Source: Nitrosopumilus sp. | Lineage (GTDB): Archaea > Thermoproteota > Nitrososphaeria > Nitrososphaerales > Nitrosopumilaceae | DNA length: 64,000 nucleotides | Direction: 5' to 3' | Assembly: GCA_965224195.1 (NCBI GenBank) | Contig: OZ245040.1 | Span: 1,728,001-1,792,000, forward strand | Part shown: piece by piece, positions 18,417 to 29,339 of the stretch | How positions within the stretch are numbered: the first letter of the stretch is position 1 | How the letters are laid out: every line of letters starts with the position of its first letter | Made by a program: the position numbers and the translations under genes | Notes under the pieces: model-generated | Database searches by the model: none | What the model was told of the DNA's origin: nothing | Seen by the model: only the letters and a program-made list of their open reading frames with translations

Positions 18417-19577
18417 CTCTCTTGCAAATGCATCAAATCTGTTATTCTCTTACAGGACAAAATTAGCATAGAGAACAAAATTGAAAGAGTGGAATTACCT
18501 CAAGTATGTCCTAGATGCAGTAGTACGACAATCAAAAAAAACGGATTCAGAAAGCTAAAGAATGGAACAAGACGACAGATGTATTGCTGTAAGCAATGCA
18601 GCTACAAATTCATTCTAGGCGAGAATGGATTCTCCAAAGTTTCATCTGATCCTAAGATTATATCTGAATCACTAAACTTGGTCATGTCTGGAATGTCATA
18701 CAGGGCAATTTCAAGGCACATCTATTCTACTCATCAAATCAAAATATCTCATGTGTCTGTGAACAGATGGATAGCAAAAAACACTGAGATAATCAAAGAA
18801 TATATAGATTCTTTGAATCCTGAAACTTCTGATGTCTGGAGCTTAGATGAAATGTATCTCAATGTAAAAAATACAAAGACGGGAAAAGGTTTTCATGATT
18901 GGCTTTGGTCAATAATCGATCCTAAAACTAGATTCTTGATTGCAACTGAAGTTTCAAAGAAAAGAGAAATTTCAGATGCAAGAAAGATTATTGCAAGTGG
19001 CAAGAAACTAATCTCAAAAAACCCAAACTATGTTTTGACGGACTGTCTTAATTCCTACCAAGAAGCAATAAAAAAAGAGTTTGAAAACAGGACTGCACAT
19101 ATCAAAATAAAATCACTAAAGGAAGGATTTGTAAATAGACCAATAGAAAGATATCACAATGAAATTAGAGAAAGACTAAAAGCTAGACGAGGATTAGGAA
19201 ATGATGAATCCGCTCAAAACTTTGCAGAGTTGCTCAAAATCAACCACAACTTTGTAAAACCACATCAAGGATTAGATGGTAAAACACCAGCTCAAGCTGC
19301 AAATATTGATTTGAATCTTGGAGATGACAAGCACATGGATTTGATAAAACAAGCTGGAACCAAAGTCAATTTTGTAAATAATCTGGGGAAACGAATCAAC
19401 AAAGTAACTATAGTAAATGAGGGAGATTCCATCAAAATAACTCCCAAATGTTGGATCGATAAACACATCTGGCGAGAGATTAATGATATTCTAAAACTAC
19501 ATCAATTTGCATGGCTGTCAAACGGTAAGGATAGTTGTTGGCTCAAGCTAAGTTTCCTAAACTTTTTGTATGTGTGA
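18411..19577 (+). CDS. IS6-like DDE transposase with Zn ribbon; 5' end probably deleted
   Basis: CPRC..CKQC, WSLDEMY, IIDPKTRFLIA, LTDCLNSY, IERYHNEIRER, HNFVKPHQGLDGKTPA. Confidence 0.85.
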   Translation, partial: RHLSCKCIKSVILLQDKISIENKIERVELPQVCPRCSSTTIKKNGFRKLKNGTRRQMYCCKQCSYKFILGENGFSKVSSDPKIISESLNLVMSGMSYRAISRHIYSTHQIKISHVSVNRWIAKNTEIIKEYIDSLNPETSDVWSLDEMYLNVKNTKTGKGFHDWLWSIIDPKTRFLIATEVSKKREISDARKIIASGKKLISKNPNYVLTDCLNSYQEAIKKEFENRTAHIKIKSLKEGFVNRPIERYHNEIRERLKARRGLGNDESAQNFAELLKINHNFVKPHQGLDGKTPAQAANIDLNLGDDKHMDLIKQAGTKVNFVNNLGKRINKVTIVNEGDSIKITPKCWIDKHIWREINDILKLHQFAWLSNGKDSCWLKLSFLNFLYV

Positions 19578-19591
19578 AATTTATCAAAATC

Positions 19592-19690
19592 ATGAAAACA
19601 TTTTGTAAATGCGGATGTCAAACACCACTAACTGATTACGAATATCGTAAATTTTCAGGATATAAAAGGGGACATGAACCACTACCATAA
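19592..19690 (+). CDS. 32-aa Cys microprotein (CKCGC...GH)
   Basis: MKTFCKCGCQTPLTDYEYRKFSGYKRGHEPLP. Confidence 0.5.
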   Translation: MKTFCKCGCQTPLTDYEYRKFSGYKRGHEPLP

Positions 19691-19709
19691 TTTTATTCAA
19701 TGAATAGTC

Positions 19710-19877
19710 ATGTTAGGTATAGAAGTATCAGATCAAGAGATAGTTAAAAGACTAAAGGAAACCATAGAATTTCTTAAAGTGGAATCTATTGGTGGTATGT
19801 GGAATACACCTCAACTAATTGATATGCTTGAGGACTTGCTTAAGGAGGATTCCAAGATTTACAAAAACAATAATTAA
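19710..19877 (+). CDS. 55-aa hypothetical protein inside the transposon
   Basis: MLGIEVSDQEIVKRLKETIEFL... Confidence 0.45.
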   Translation: MLGIEVSDQEIVKRLKETIEFLKVESIGGMWNTPQLIDMLEDLLKEDSKIYKNNN

Positions 19878-19990
19878 AAATTCCAGTTATTTTTTCAATA
19901 TGAAAGCACCTAACTTAACAGCAAAAGTCTCTAATTTAACACCCTGTTGAAAAGCTCTGGAGACTGAACAGTGTATAGTTTTGTATTGAA

Positions 19991-21067
19991 CTATGGATTT
20001 ATTACAGCACGCCCAATGATTTTTCGAGCTTTAAGATCTTCAAGGGCAGTATTTGCATCTTCAAGAGAATATCTTTTAGAGATAACTGGATTAATTACTC
20101 CTTTTCTTGCAAGATCAAGTAGTTCTACCATATCATTATAATTTCCAGTGTATGCACCTTGAATGGTAATTGATTTTAGTGGAATTGTCACAAGAGACAT
20201 TTCTAGGGATCCTCCAAATAATCCAACAAGTATTATATTTCCTCTTTTTCGTATTACGCCCAATGCTGTTTTAACAGTTGGAGGTGCATTTACAAAATCA
20301 ATAACACTATCAACTCCCTTACCATTAGAAATGGAAATGATTTTCTCAACAGGAGACCCAGTTCCACTAGATAGAGAACCAACTATACTAGTATTTACAA
20401 CAAAATCTGCTCCCATCTTTTTTGCAGCGTCAAATTTTTTATCATCATTGTCAATGCAAATAATTTTGGCTTTTGTTATTGCTTTAGCAATTTGAATTGC
20501 CATTAATCCTAGACCGCCAGCTCCAATTATCATCAAAAACTCGGGTGAATTTGTATTTGCCTTTTTTACAGCATTATATGCTGTTAATCCAGAACAAGCA
20601 AGGGAAGTAGCAGCATCAGGATCGACACCGTCAAGTTTTGCCAAATATTTAGAATCAGGAACTAAAGTGTAATCAGCATAGCCGCCATCTTGAAAAAGAC
20701 CCATAGATTTTGGTGCATCACATAAATTTTCGTTTCCCACTTTACATGCAGGACATTCCCCACAACCCATCCAAGGGAACACTAGAACATCATCACCTAC
20801 TGAAACATTAGAAACATTTTCTCCAATTTCTTCAATAGTTCCAACAATTTCATGGCCAGGAGTTACAGGATATTTTACACCTCTATCGGTGACTTTCAAA
20901 AATTGACCATCTCCAAGATCATATCCACCCTCCCACAAGTGTAAATCACTGTGACAGACGCCTTCAGATTTTATCTTTAGTAGAACCTGAGTTCCATGGG
21001 GTTTTGGATTTTCAGATTCAGTTATAGTAAGAGGTTCATTTGGGCCTGGAATTCGGGCAGATTTCAT
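19991..21067 (-). CDS. Zn-dependent alcohol dehydrogenase
   Basis: GVCHSD, GHE, CGECPAC, GAGGLG. Confidence 0.95.
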   Translation of the reverse strand: MKSARIPGPNEPLTITESENPKPHGTQVLLKIKSEGVCHSDLHLWEGGYDLGDGQFLKVTDRGVKYPVTPGHEIVGTIEEIGENVSNVSVGDDVLVFPWMGCGECPACKVGNENLCDAPKSMGLFQDGGYADYTLVPDSKYLAKLDGVDPDAATSLACSGLTAYNAVKKANTNSPEFLMIIGAGGLGLMAIQIAKAITKAKIICIDNDDKKFDAAKKMGADFVVNTSIVGSLSSGTGSPVEKIISISNGKGVDSVIDFVNAPPTVKTALGVIRKRGNIILVGLFGGSLEMSLVTIPLKSITIQGAYTGNYNDMVELLDLARKGVINPVISKRYSLEDANTALEDLKARKIIGRAVINP

Positions 21068-21161
21068 AGTTCGATTTTCCACATTAACAATATAAGAGTT
21101 GACTGGATATGAGAAAAAAATAGAGCCCTTAGATATTATTGAATAGTCAAAGAGAAACTAT

Positions 21162-21839
21162 GTGAGCGAATCACAAACCCCCAATGGCATTTCTCAGGAA
21201 CCAGTAAACATTCTATTTAGTCCATCATCAGTTGTTAAAAAAGACGTTTGGGAAATTGATCTAATTCAAATTTTGGATTTGTTAGTAAAAATTCTCGATA
21301 AGACAGGAAAGAAAGATCTTAAAGTAGCAGGAATAGCTGCATTATCATCATCATTAATTTACAGAATGAAAGTAGAAAGTATTTTTGCATTACAAAAAGC
21401 AGCAATGGAGAAAAAACCAATGCATCAAAGAACTGATGTGGATATTGAATTAATTGATATTCCATACAGACATGAATCCACATATCCAGTTTCATTAGAT
21501 GATTTACTTGGATTGTTACAAAATCTCATAGGTACAATTGCAAATCCACAATCCAGACGAAATAAACAATTAGAAATAGAACCAATAGAAGCACCAGACT
21601 TTCAAGAATTTTTCATATCTCTTGAAAGCATCATAGGAAAATATGAAGACCTCATTATGAAAAAGATAGGCGTAGTTGGATTTGGATTATTACAAGATAT
21701 CATTGCAGACCTTGATCAAGTAGACTCGATCAGATGTTTCTTTGCAGCATTATTTTTAGCAAGAGATCAAAGAGTTGACCTTGAACAAGCAGAAGATGAC
21801 ATCAAAATTATCATCATTAAAGATGAGTTAACAAATTGA
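21162..21839 (+). CDS. scpA: Condensin subunit ScpA (kleisin)
   Basis: DVWEIDL, FFAALFLA; upstream of scpB. Confidence 0.85.
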   Translation: MSESQTPNGISQEPVNILFSPSSVVKKDVWEIDLIQILDLLVKILDKTGKKDLKVAGIAALSSSLIYRMKVESIFALQKAAMEKKPMHQRTDVDIELIDIPYRHESTYPVSLDDLLGLLQNLIGTIANPQSRRNKQLEIEPIEAPDFQEFFISLESIIGKYEDLIMKKIGVVGFGLLQDIIADLDQVDSIRCFFAALFLARDQRVDLEQAEDDIKIIIIKDELTN

Positions 21840-21855
21840 ACAAAGGTACAAAAAA

Positions 21856-22431
21856 ATGGTAAAAATTGAGAATTTAGATGAAGCTACAGCAAGAATAGAA
21901 GCAGCACTATATTCTGCAGGTAGACCACTTAGAATTGAAGACGTAATACGAGCTTCAGGCACAGAATCTAGAACAAAAACACTAGCCTTACTTGAAAATA
22001 TTATGAAAAAGACAAAGTCATCTTTTAAGGCATTAGAAATTGCCATACTTCCAGACGGATCTTATGTTATGCAATTAAAACCAGAATACAGTTCAACTAT
22101 CAAGAGATATGCATCAAAACCAGTTTTGCCAAATGCAACACTCAAAACATTATCATACATTGCATACATGCAACCTATCTCATCAAAACAACTTGTTGAA
22201 ACAAGAGGATCTGGAGTATATGCACATCTCAAAGAATTACGACAGTTGGATTACATTACTAGCCAAAACGTAGGACGAATGAGAATTTTTACAACAACTG
22301 ACAAATTCCAAAAATATTTTGGAATTCAAGGAGATGTAGAAGATCTAAAACAAAGATTATTCTCCAAAGTTAGAAAAACGGCCAGTAGACAAACAACTCC
22401 AACCCCCCCTGTCGCATCAGAAGTAAACTAA
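21856..22431 (+). CDS. scpB: Condensin subunit ScpB
   Basis: IEAALY, LKTLSYIAYMQP, TTDKFQKYFG. Confidence 0.92.
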   Translation: MVKIENLDEATARIEAALYSAGRPLRIEDVIRASGTESRTKTLALLENIMKKTKSSFKALEIAILPDGSYVMQLKPEYSSTIKRYASKPVLPNATLKTLSYIAYMQPISSKQLVETRGSGVYAHLKELRQLDYITSQNVGRMRIFTTTDKFQKYFGIQGDVEDLKQRLFSKVRKTASRQTTPTPPVASEVN

Positions 22432-22495
22432 TATTTTTTAACTCAAGGCTAATTTTTTGCGTTTTGTATAAATTAGAGTAATTTAGACAACATTC

Positions 22496-22879
22496 GTGAG
22501 AAAATCCGTAGAGAATTTAGCAACTAGTAAAATTACTGGTGGAAGAAGAGTTCCACTTAGAATTAGAAGAAAATACGAAACTGATAGATATCCAAATGAA
22601 GCAATCAACGGAGCTCAAGTTACAGTAACTAGAAGAATTCGAGGCAACAATCAAAAAACAGCTTTGAAGTCAACAGACTTTGTTAATTTAGCAACTGGTG
22701 AAGCTAAAGTAAAGAAAACAAAAATTATCAAAGTGCTAGATAACACTACAAATAATGATTACAAAAGACGTGGCATCATTACAAAAGGTGCAATTCTTGA
22801 AACAGCAGAAGGCAAATGCAGAGTTGTTTCAAAACCAGGACAAAACGGAATCGTTAACGCAATTTTACTAAAGGAATAA
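22496..22879 (+). CDS. rps8e: 30S ribosomal protein S8e
   Basis: KITGGRR, IITKGAI, SKPGQNG. Confidence 0.96.
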   Translation: MRKSVENLATSKITGGRRVPLRIRRKYETDRYPNEAINGAQVTVTRRIRGNNQKTALKSTDFVNLATGEAKVKKTKIIKVLDNTTNNDYKRRGIITKGAILETAEGKCRVVSKPGQNGIVNAILLKE

Positions 22880-22880
22880 A

Positions 22881-23180
22881 ATGAAAGATTACGAGCACGT
22901 CGTAATCTGGTTGGACTATTTTAATAAAAATTTAAAAAAATCTAAAGGTCGAAGAGTAGGATTAGAAAAATGTATTTTTGATCCCTCATTAAAAGAATTA
23001 ATGGATGCAACAGCAGCTGGAGGATTTGAAATTACAGAGTCAGATGACAAGGTAAGATTTCCTAAGAGGCCGTTTGTAAGGTCGGGATATGTTATTGTGC
23101 CAAAAGGATCCTCCAAGACAAAAATTCTTAACAAAATTTCTGAAAAGCTAGTGGCAAAAAGATCAAAGCAATCAAAATAA
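22881..23180 (+). CDS. srp19: SRP19
   Basis: VIWLDYFN..KGRRV..P. Confidence 0.9.
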   Translation: MKDYEHVVIWLDYFNKNLKKSKGRRVGLEKCIFDPSLKELMDATAAGGFEITESDDKVRFPKRPFVRSGYVIVPKGSSKTKILNKISEKLVAKRSKQSK

Positions 23181-23254
23181 AACGAATTCTAGCTCTTAGC
23201 TAAAGTAATGTTGACAGAAGTCTATGATAAGAATATGATTATTAGTAATTCTAA

Positions 23255-23521
23255 TTGCAGGAGGTAGGCGAAATAATGCACCTAGCCGGTAGTGGCAGGG
23301 TAATCATTCAACTATCAACAGAATTAGTTGAAGGACAGATACTCTGTGACAAAACGGGAACTAGAGTTGCAAAAGTAAACGAACTGATAGGTCCGATAAG
23401 TAGACCGTTTGCATCAGCAACGCCATTAACAAACAATATTAAAAAATACATTGGCAAACAAGTTTACGCCACTGAAGAATCTCCTGCTAACAAACCAAAA
23501 AAATTTAGGAGAAAAAAATAA
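23255..23521 (+). CDS. gar1: H/ACA RNP subunit Gar1
   Basis: KVNELIGPISRPF; precedes TFB. Confidence 0.85.
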   Translation: MQEVGEIMHLAGSGRVIIQLSTELVEGQILCDKTGTRVAKVNELIGPISRPFASATPLTNNIKKYIGKQVYATEESPANKPKKFRRKK

Positions 23522-24474
23522 TGAACATACTAGAAAAACAAAACTGTCCTGAATGTAAATCTACATTAGTAGATGACATGCAGAATGGTGAAATTATCTG
23601 TTCTGGTTGCGGCGTTGTAGTCGATGATCAGATTGCAGATTTTGGTCCAGAAACAATAAGCTCAAACTTCGAAGACAGGATGAAGCTAGCAAGAGCAACA
23701 GGACAAACAACCTATGCCCAACATGATTTGGGAATAACTACTGAGATATCAATCAGTTCAAAAGACTATAGTGGAAAAACAATCAACCACGGTGTCGCAA
23801 ATCAAATGAACAATCTCAGAAAGTGGCAACAAAGAGTACGAGTTTCCTCACCAAGAGAGAGAAGATTAGTAAATGTCTTAACAAAAATGGGTGAGACATG
23901 TGATGGTCTAAATCTTTCAAAGAATGTTTTGGAAACTGCATCTATGATATACAGAAACTTGGATGGACATGTAGAAGTAAAAGGAAAATCAGTAGTAAGC
24001 ATAACAGCAGCTACAATCTACATGGCATGCAAACAATGTGAAGTAGTAAGATCATTAGAAGAAATTTGCCGAGGAATTTGTCCAGCAAAAGATGTTAAAT
24101 CAAAAACAAAACTTGCATCTAGATACTATCGAACCATGGTAATGGAAATGGGACAATTACATGCCCCAGTTGTAACCATGGACAAATACATCTCAAAGAT
24201 AGCAAACATGACACAAACTGAGGTAAGAGTTGAAAGACTAGCCTTAGAAATTGCAGAAAAAACTAAAGATAGCAGCATTGCTGACGGAAAGGCGCCAAAC
24301 GGTATAGCCGTAGCATATCTGTATGTAGCATCAGTCCTACTTGGTCAAAATGTCCTACAAAGAGACGTTTCAAGTATTGCGGGAGTTACAGAAGTCACTA
24401 TCAGAAATAGATGTAAAGAAATTCTGACATGCTATAAACTCAAAATTACTTTGAGACCATCTCTGACCAACTAA
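23521..24474 (+). CDS. tfb: Transcription initiation factor IIB
   Basis: CPEC..CSGCG Zn ribbon, two cyclin repeats, GVTEVTIRNR. Confidence 0.96.
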   Translation: MNILEKQNCPECKSTLVDDMQNGEIICSGCGVVVDDQIADFGPETISSNFEDRMKLARATGQTTYAQHDLGITTEISISSKDYSGKTINHGVANQMNNLRKWQQRVRVSSPRERRLVNVLTKMGETCDGLNLSKNVLETASMIYRNLDGHVEVKGKSVVSITAATIYMACKQCEVVRSLEEICRGICPAKDVKSKTKLASRYYRTMVMEMGQLHAPVVTMDKYISKIANMTQTEVRVERLALEIAEKTKDSSIADGKAPNGIAVAYLYVASVLLGQNVLQRDVSSIAGVTEVTIRNRCKEILTCYKLKITLRPSLTN

Positions 24475-24513
24475 TTACACCCCCCTTTTTCATTTTATTA
24501 TTCAGTATTACGA

Positions 24514-24527
24514 TTAGGATTAGCTAA
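24514..24527. promoter_or_regulatory. TTAG-N6-CTAA palindrome upstream of the sufC TATA box
   Basis: ttaggattagctaa; similar site at 46415-46428. Confidence 0.5.
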
Positions 24528-24568
24528 ATTTCGTCGGTATTATATAGAGAATCAAAACAAATCGAAAC

Positions 24569-25339
24569 ATGGCAGTACTAGAAATCAAAGATCTTCACGT
24601 GGCTAGAGAAGGTAAAGAAATTCTAAAAGGGGTCAACTTGAAAACAGGGCCTGGAGAAGTACATGCTATTATGGGACCAAACGGTTCAGGAAAAAGTACA
24701 CTAGCATATACATTACTTGCACATCCAAAATATGAAGTCACTAAAGGAGATATTTTATTAGATGGTGAAAGTATTTTAGATTTATCAGCAGATGAAAGAG
24801 CAAAAAAAGGATTATTCTTAGGATTTCAATATCCAACTGAAGTTTCAGGTGTAGGGTTTTCTCACTTTCTAAGAACAGCATACAATGCTCTAAGTAAAGC
24901 ACTCGAAGGGGATAACAGAGAAGTATTCATCACAGTTAGAGAATTTCAAAAATATCTTAAAGAGAATTTAGAAAAAGTAGGATTAAGAGAAGAATTCCTC
25001 TCAAGATATCTCAATGAAGGGTTCTCCGGTGGAGAGAAAAAACGTGCTGAAGTATTACAAATGGCAGTCTTAAAACCAAAAGTTTCAATTTTAGATGAAC
25101 CAGATTCAGGATTAGATATTGATGCCGTACAAGCAGTGGCACAAGCAATCAGTAAAGTTGCAGACAAAGATGCAACAATAATCATTATTACTCACTACGC
25201 TAGAATTTTAAAATTCTTAGACAAATTAGACTTTGTTCATGTATTTGCTAGAGGCCAAGTATTAAAAACAGGTGATGCATCACTTGCAGACAAACTTGAA
25301 GCAGAAGGATATGAATGGGTTTTAGAACAATCAGCCTAA
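24569..25339 (+). CDS. sufC: Fe-S assembly ATPase SufC
   Basis: GPNGSGKST, FSGGEKKR, LDEPDSGLD. Confidence 0.96.
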   Translation: MAVLEIKDLHVAREGKEILKGVNLKTGPGEVHAIMGPNGSGKSTLAYTLLAHPKYEVTKGDILLDGESILDLSADERAKKGLFLGFQYPTEVSGVGFSHFLRTAYNALSKALEGDNREVFITVREFQKYLKENLEKVGLREEFLSRYLNEGFSGGEKKRAEVLQMAVLKPKVSILDEPDSGLDIDAVQAVAQAISKVADKDATIIIITHYARILKFLDKLDFVHVFARGQVLKTGDASLADKLEAEGYEWVLEQSA

Positions 25340-25373
25340 TCAATTTTAACCAAAAGAATATTCAAAAAAACTA

Positions 25374-25586
25374 TTGATTTACAAAGTTCATGTTGAATTT
25401 TCTAAAGAAGTTTTAGAAATAATTAATAATGAAATTATAATTGGAATAAAATCAAAGTCGATTAAAGGAGAGGCAAACAAAGAAATCATTAAAAAAATTG
25501 CAAAACATTTCAAAATATCTACTGCACTTGTACAAATAAAGTCAGAACACAAATCATCAGAAAAAATTATCGAAATTCTGCAATAG
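25374..25586 (+). CDS. DUF167/YggU family protein
   Basis: KGEANKEIIKKIAKHF. Confidence 0.8.
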   Translation: MIYKVHVEFSKEVLEIINNEIIIGIKSKSIKGEANKEIIKKIAKHFKISTALVQIKSEHKSSEKIIEILQ

Positions 25587-25631
25587 AGAATCTAGTTTTT
25601 GTTTAAATAGGGTTTCAAAATTGAGATTGAT

Positions 25632-26306
25632 ATGTCAGAAGAAAATGAACAATATTATTTCAATTTCTCATTTTTCAAAGTTGATCCTAAATGGAGATGG
25701 ATGGCAGATCTAGCAAAAGAAGAATCTGCAAAAGAGGTCGAAAATGTAATGAACAATTCAGGAATCATGTATAGAACATATTCAAATTTGGGGTTAAGAG
25801 ATGACTCTGATTTTCTATTTTGGTTTGCAGCCAAAACAGTTGAAGAGATTCAAGTAGTCATTGAAAAATTATACAAAACAGTTTTTGGAAAATACATAAT
25901 TCCATCAATGACATATTTGTCATGTACAAGACCTTCTCTTTATGTACAAGGACAAAAGGCACTCGGGTTTTTTACAGAAAATGATCCTAAAAAACACGTA
26001 ATAGTTTATCCATTTACGAAAACACGAGAATGGTATTTACTTCCTAAAGAAAAACGTCAGGAAATTATGGATGAGCATATCGAAGTAAGTAAAAAATACC
26101 CACAGGTTGTTCTCAACACTACATACTCCTTTGGAATACATGATGAAGATTTCATGTTAGCATTTGAAGTAGACGATATCAGAGATTTTCAGGATCTAAT
26201 CATGGATTTACGAGAAACTCAAGTCTCCACATATGTAAAAAATGACATTCCGATGATTGTATGTGTCAAAAAAGACCTAGTTCCATTGATTTCTAGTTTG
26301 GGATAA
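25632..26306 (+). CDS. Chlorite dismutase / coproheme decarboxylase family protein
   Basis: YPFTK..WYLL..RQEIMDEH, YSFGIHD.DF. Confidence 0.9.
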   Translation: MSEENEQYYFNFSFFKVDPKWRWMADLAKEESAKEVENVMNNSGIMYRTYSNLGLRDDSDFLFWFAAKTVEEIQVVIEKLYKTVFGKYIIPSMTYLSCTRPSLYVQGQKALGFFTENDPKKHVIVYPFTKTREWYLLPKEKRQEIMDEHIEVSKKYPQVVLNTTYSFGIHDEDFMLAFEVDDIRDFQDLIMDLRETQVSTYVKNDIPMIVCVKKDLVPLISSLG

Positions 26307-26409
26307 ACCTTCAGGTAATTTAAAAACACCCTACACTTGACACGGATAAAATTTTTACATTGGTCAGAACTAGGCGGATTCTCAAGAGGTGGTAAATTCG
26401 GGTTAGAGT

Positions 26410-26680
26410 GGTCAGTTAGGATGCTGACAAGTGGAAAGAATATGATTCCCTAATTTTCAACGGCTACAAACATCTCTTAGTTGATCACAGCAAGATGTGT
26501 GGCAAAGGTGATGTGTACATAAATGGTATTGAAGGCTTTTGAATTTTTGCAAAAGAGAACATGGCAAAACATCACGGTGCAAGTCCAGGAAAGTTTCTGT
26601 CATGCATCAAAGAAACGGAATGGAGATACAGCAATGGAGATGGAGACACTTTCTCATTATTACTTGGTTATATGTTGGGG
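26410..26680 (+). pseudogene. IS1595-family transposase C-terminal remnant (approximate bounds)
   Basis: Across frames: DKWKEYDSL, NGYKHLLVDHS, VYINGIEGF*, FAKENMAKHHG, IKETEWRY. Confidence 0.75.
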
Positions 26681-26721
26681 ACAAATAATTGATAATCACC
26701 AAATTTTATACTCTAATGTAT

Positions 26722-27684
26722 TTAGATTCGTTTTCTGACTTGCCATACTACAATTGCAGGGGTTACAATGTACATTCCTACAATTAATCCGATAGTTGAT
26801 ACACCAAAGAAAATTACTTCATTCTCAGAACCCTCATTTACAAGAGTCATAATAGATAGAGTTGAAATCATTGGAGTGATGAAAATCTTAACAGTCTCTT
26901 TGAAAATTGGGTTTTCATTCTCTAATTGTGCTATTTGTGGTGAAAAAGAATAGTAAGCTGAATTAAATCCATTCATAAATAATGCACCAGAATATGTACT
27001 AAGTAAGATGTTATCTCGAACTTCTCTTAGCATTTGTACTTGTGGTGCTAGTTCTGAACCATAAGATGCTGCAGCAATTAGACAGTCTCTAACTTTACCC
27101 TCATGGAGAGCTTCAAATGGAATACACATTCCATCTACTAACTCAGTTCCTTCTTCACACACAATATCCTCATCAATAATTTCTTCAGATTCTTGTGGTT
27201 CAGATTTAACTACTAGAGCAGTCATTGAATTAGATATTTGATCATTGGAAAATACTTTATCAAAGCAACTACTATCAACTTCTTTGCTTATTATGTATGG
27301 CTCATTGACGGGAGGATATGTAAAAAGCATTTGTATATCCTTGGAATTTTGTAGAAAAATTGTATAATTGTAAAAACATGTATCTTCTGTCATTTCGGTA
27401 GATAATTCTAAATCATTATCACCTAGTACCATCATCGAATCATAAATTGAGAGATCCGTACGGGTAGTCAGAGTTGGAAAATTTTTGGGTATTTTAACAT
27501 CTAGTGTTTTTTCGGTGTTATCAGAATTTATTATAAAAAACAATCCCAGGTATGGATCAAAAACAACATTATCAACAATTTCTGGATCCATTGGAATTTG
27601 AAATACATTATCGTTAGTACTGGGAACAGAGTCAGCAATTCCTGGAACTAAAACAGTTATAAAAAAAAAGAAAAAAGAGATCAT
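26722..27684 (-). CDS. CFI-box-CTERM membrane-anchored surface protein
   Basis: Signal peptide; CEEGTELVDGMC; CLIAAASYGSELAPQVQMLREVRD; C-terminal TM. Confidence 0.9.
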   Translation of the reverse strand: MISFFFFFITVLVPGIADSVPSTNDNVFQIPMDPEIVDNVVFDPYLGLFFIINSDNTEKTLDVKIPKNFPTLTTRTDLSIYDSMMVLGDNDLELSTEMTEDTCFYNYTIFLQNSKDIQMLFTYPPVNEPYIISKEVDSSCFDKVFSNDQISNSMTALVVKSEPQESEEIIDEDIVCEEGTELVDGMCIPFEALHEGKVRDCLIAAASYGSELAPQVQMLREVRDNILLSTYSGALFMNGFNSAYYSFSPQIAQLENENPIFKETVKIFITPMISTLSIMTLVNEGSENEVIFFGVSTIGLIVGMYIVTPAIVVWQVRKRI

Positions 27685-28889
27685 TGAAGATCTAACTTAT
27701 CTGCTAAGAAGTCTTGTGGATGATATTGTCCGTATTCACCATTACCACCTGCTGAAACTAACAATCCATGCAAGTATACATTGTTAGATCTTGTGTTTTG
27801 TTGTTGGAATACTGGAGAACCACTATCACCACCATCAATCCAATTACCAGAATTGAATTTGATCGTGTTGTGGTTATAACCTGCTACATTGCCAACAATT
27901 GAACCGTAAGTAACACCCGTGGAAATACCTGATTTCTTTACAAATTTTCCAATGGTTTAAGACGAGTCTGAAGTTTTGCCTATCACATTGTAATAAGAAG
28001 AACTGGATTTATAGATTCTATTAGAACCAGTTTCATCACTATCCAAGTCAACGAAAGCTCCATCACATGATGATTTGTTTTGTACACAATATTCAGTTAC
28101 TTCTCCAATTGAACGGCCATTTTCGGGCTGATTGATTATGGCACCATCCCAGTCAGCAATGTGTCCCGCAGTCACAAATCCTTTTGCACCATTATTATGG
28201 GTTGCATAATAACCAAGAGTTCCAGAACCACCTGAGTCACCATCTCTCTTAATTTCAACACCACCGTACAAAGAATTACTACAAGTTCCATCACGATAAA
28301 TACATGAGATAGGACCATGCTCGCCCTCATTTACAGTAATACTTACTTCGTAATCTGTATCTTCTTCAAATTGATCAACTGTCAAACCTGAATTTGGATG
28401 AATAAGTACTATGATTTCTTCATCCTGAAAATCAATCAGTGTGTTATCAAAACCAGTATTGGTTTCATATTTGTTCTGAATTGTTTCAAAAGCTATTATC
28501 AGTTTTGACTCAGTTTCAAAATCAACGATGAATGAAGCTATATTGAGTTGTTCTAGTCGGTTAATTTCAGATTCTAAAAAGTTAACTTGAGATAGTTTTC
28601 GATCAATTTTATCTTGAACTTGGATGATCTTTTTTGCTGCCTTCTTCTTTTCAATATCTTTTGTTTCCAGCTTAGCCAACTTATCTTCTAGCCTGTCGAT
28701 TTGCTTTTCTAGCTTAGCAATTTCTTTTTCTGAATTTACTGCTTGCTTATCTGCAACTTCCCATTGATTTACATAATATTCATTAAAAGCCCAAGCATCA
28801 CTTGTGCTAATCAATGAAAGAGTTAATGTTACAGTCAAAGTAGCAAACAGTGCTGTTTTTGCATTTTTCATATTATTAGACAATATCAA
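27681..28889 (-). pseudogene. Secreted S1 (trypsin/alpha-lytic-like) serine protease with in-frame nonsense codon at 27957-27959
   Basis: FVTAGH and DGAF before the TAA, GGDSGSP after it in the same frame; true stop at 27681 overlaps the next ATG. Confidence 0.88.
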
Positions 28890-29003
28890 TTTTGATAATA
28901 CGTATAACAGTTACTGTGCTTTACGATATTCATACTTGTACAATAATGAGAGATTATTTGTGTTAGGATTCAAATCAATATAGGCTTGAACCTTTTTTAG
29001 GAA

Positions 29004-29339
29004 TTAATTTTCCACTGGTAATTCTAGTTTGTTGTCCCATTCACCCCAAGATCCGAGATAAACTCGAACACTTTCAAATCCTAATTTTTTCAAAACCAAA
29101 AAGGAATTGGCAGCCCGATATGCACCTTGACAATATGTCACAATTTCAGAGTCTTTTGGATAGGCATACATTTTAGATAATTCTTCATTATTTTTGAAAG
29201 TGCCATCCTTATTGAGATTTTGATTCCAATCAATATTGACAGAATTTGGAATATGACCTGATTGCGCAGCTCGAACTATACTCCCATCATATTCACCAAT
29301 AGAGCGGACATCAAGAATTTTCAAAAAATCAAATTTCAT
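29004..29339 (-). pseudogene. Sulfurtransferase: only the C-terminal rhodanese domain remains
   Basis: ILDVRS.GEY, GHIP, TYCQGAYRA, YLGSWGEW; no room for the N-terminal domain. Confidence 0.7.

Larger units (their letters stand above)
17646..19971. mobile_element. IS6-like DDE transposon with cargo and 68-bp terminal inverted repeats, internally deleted
   Basis: 17646-17713 vs reverse complement of 19904-19971: 65/68 identical; encloses transposase and cargo; no target duplication seen. Confidence 0.85.

Noticed and set aside
26340-26640. GC-richer intergenic stretch as a structured ncRNA
   Set aside because: Translates across frames into IS1595 transposase motifs
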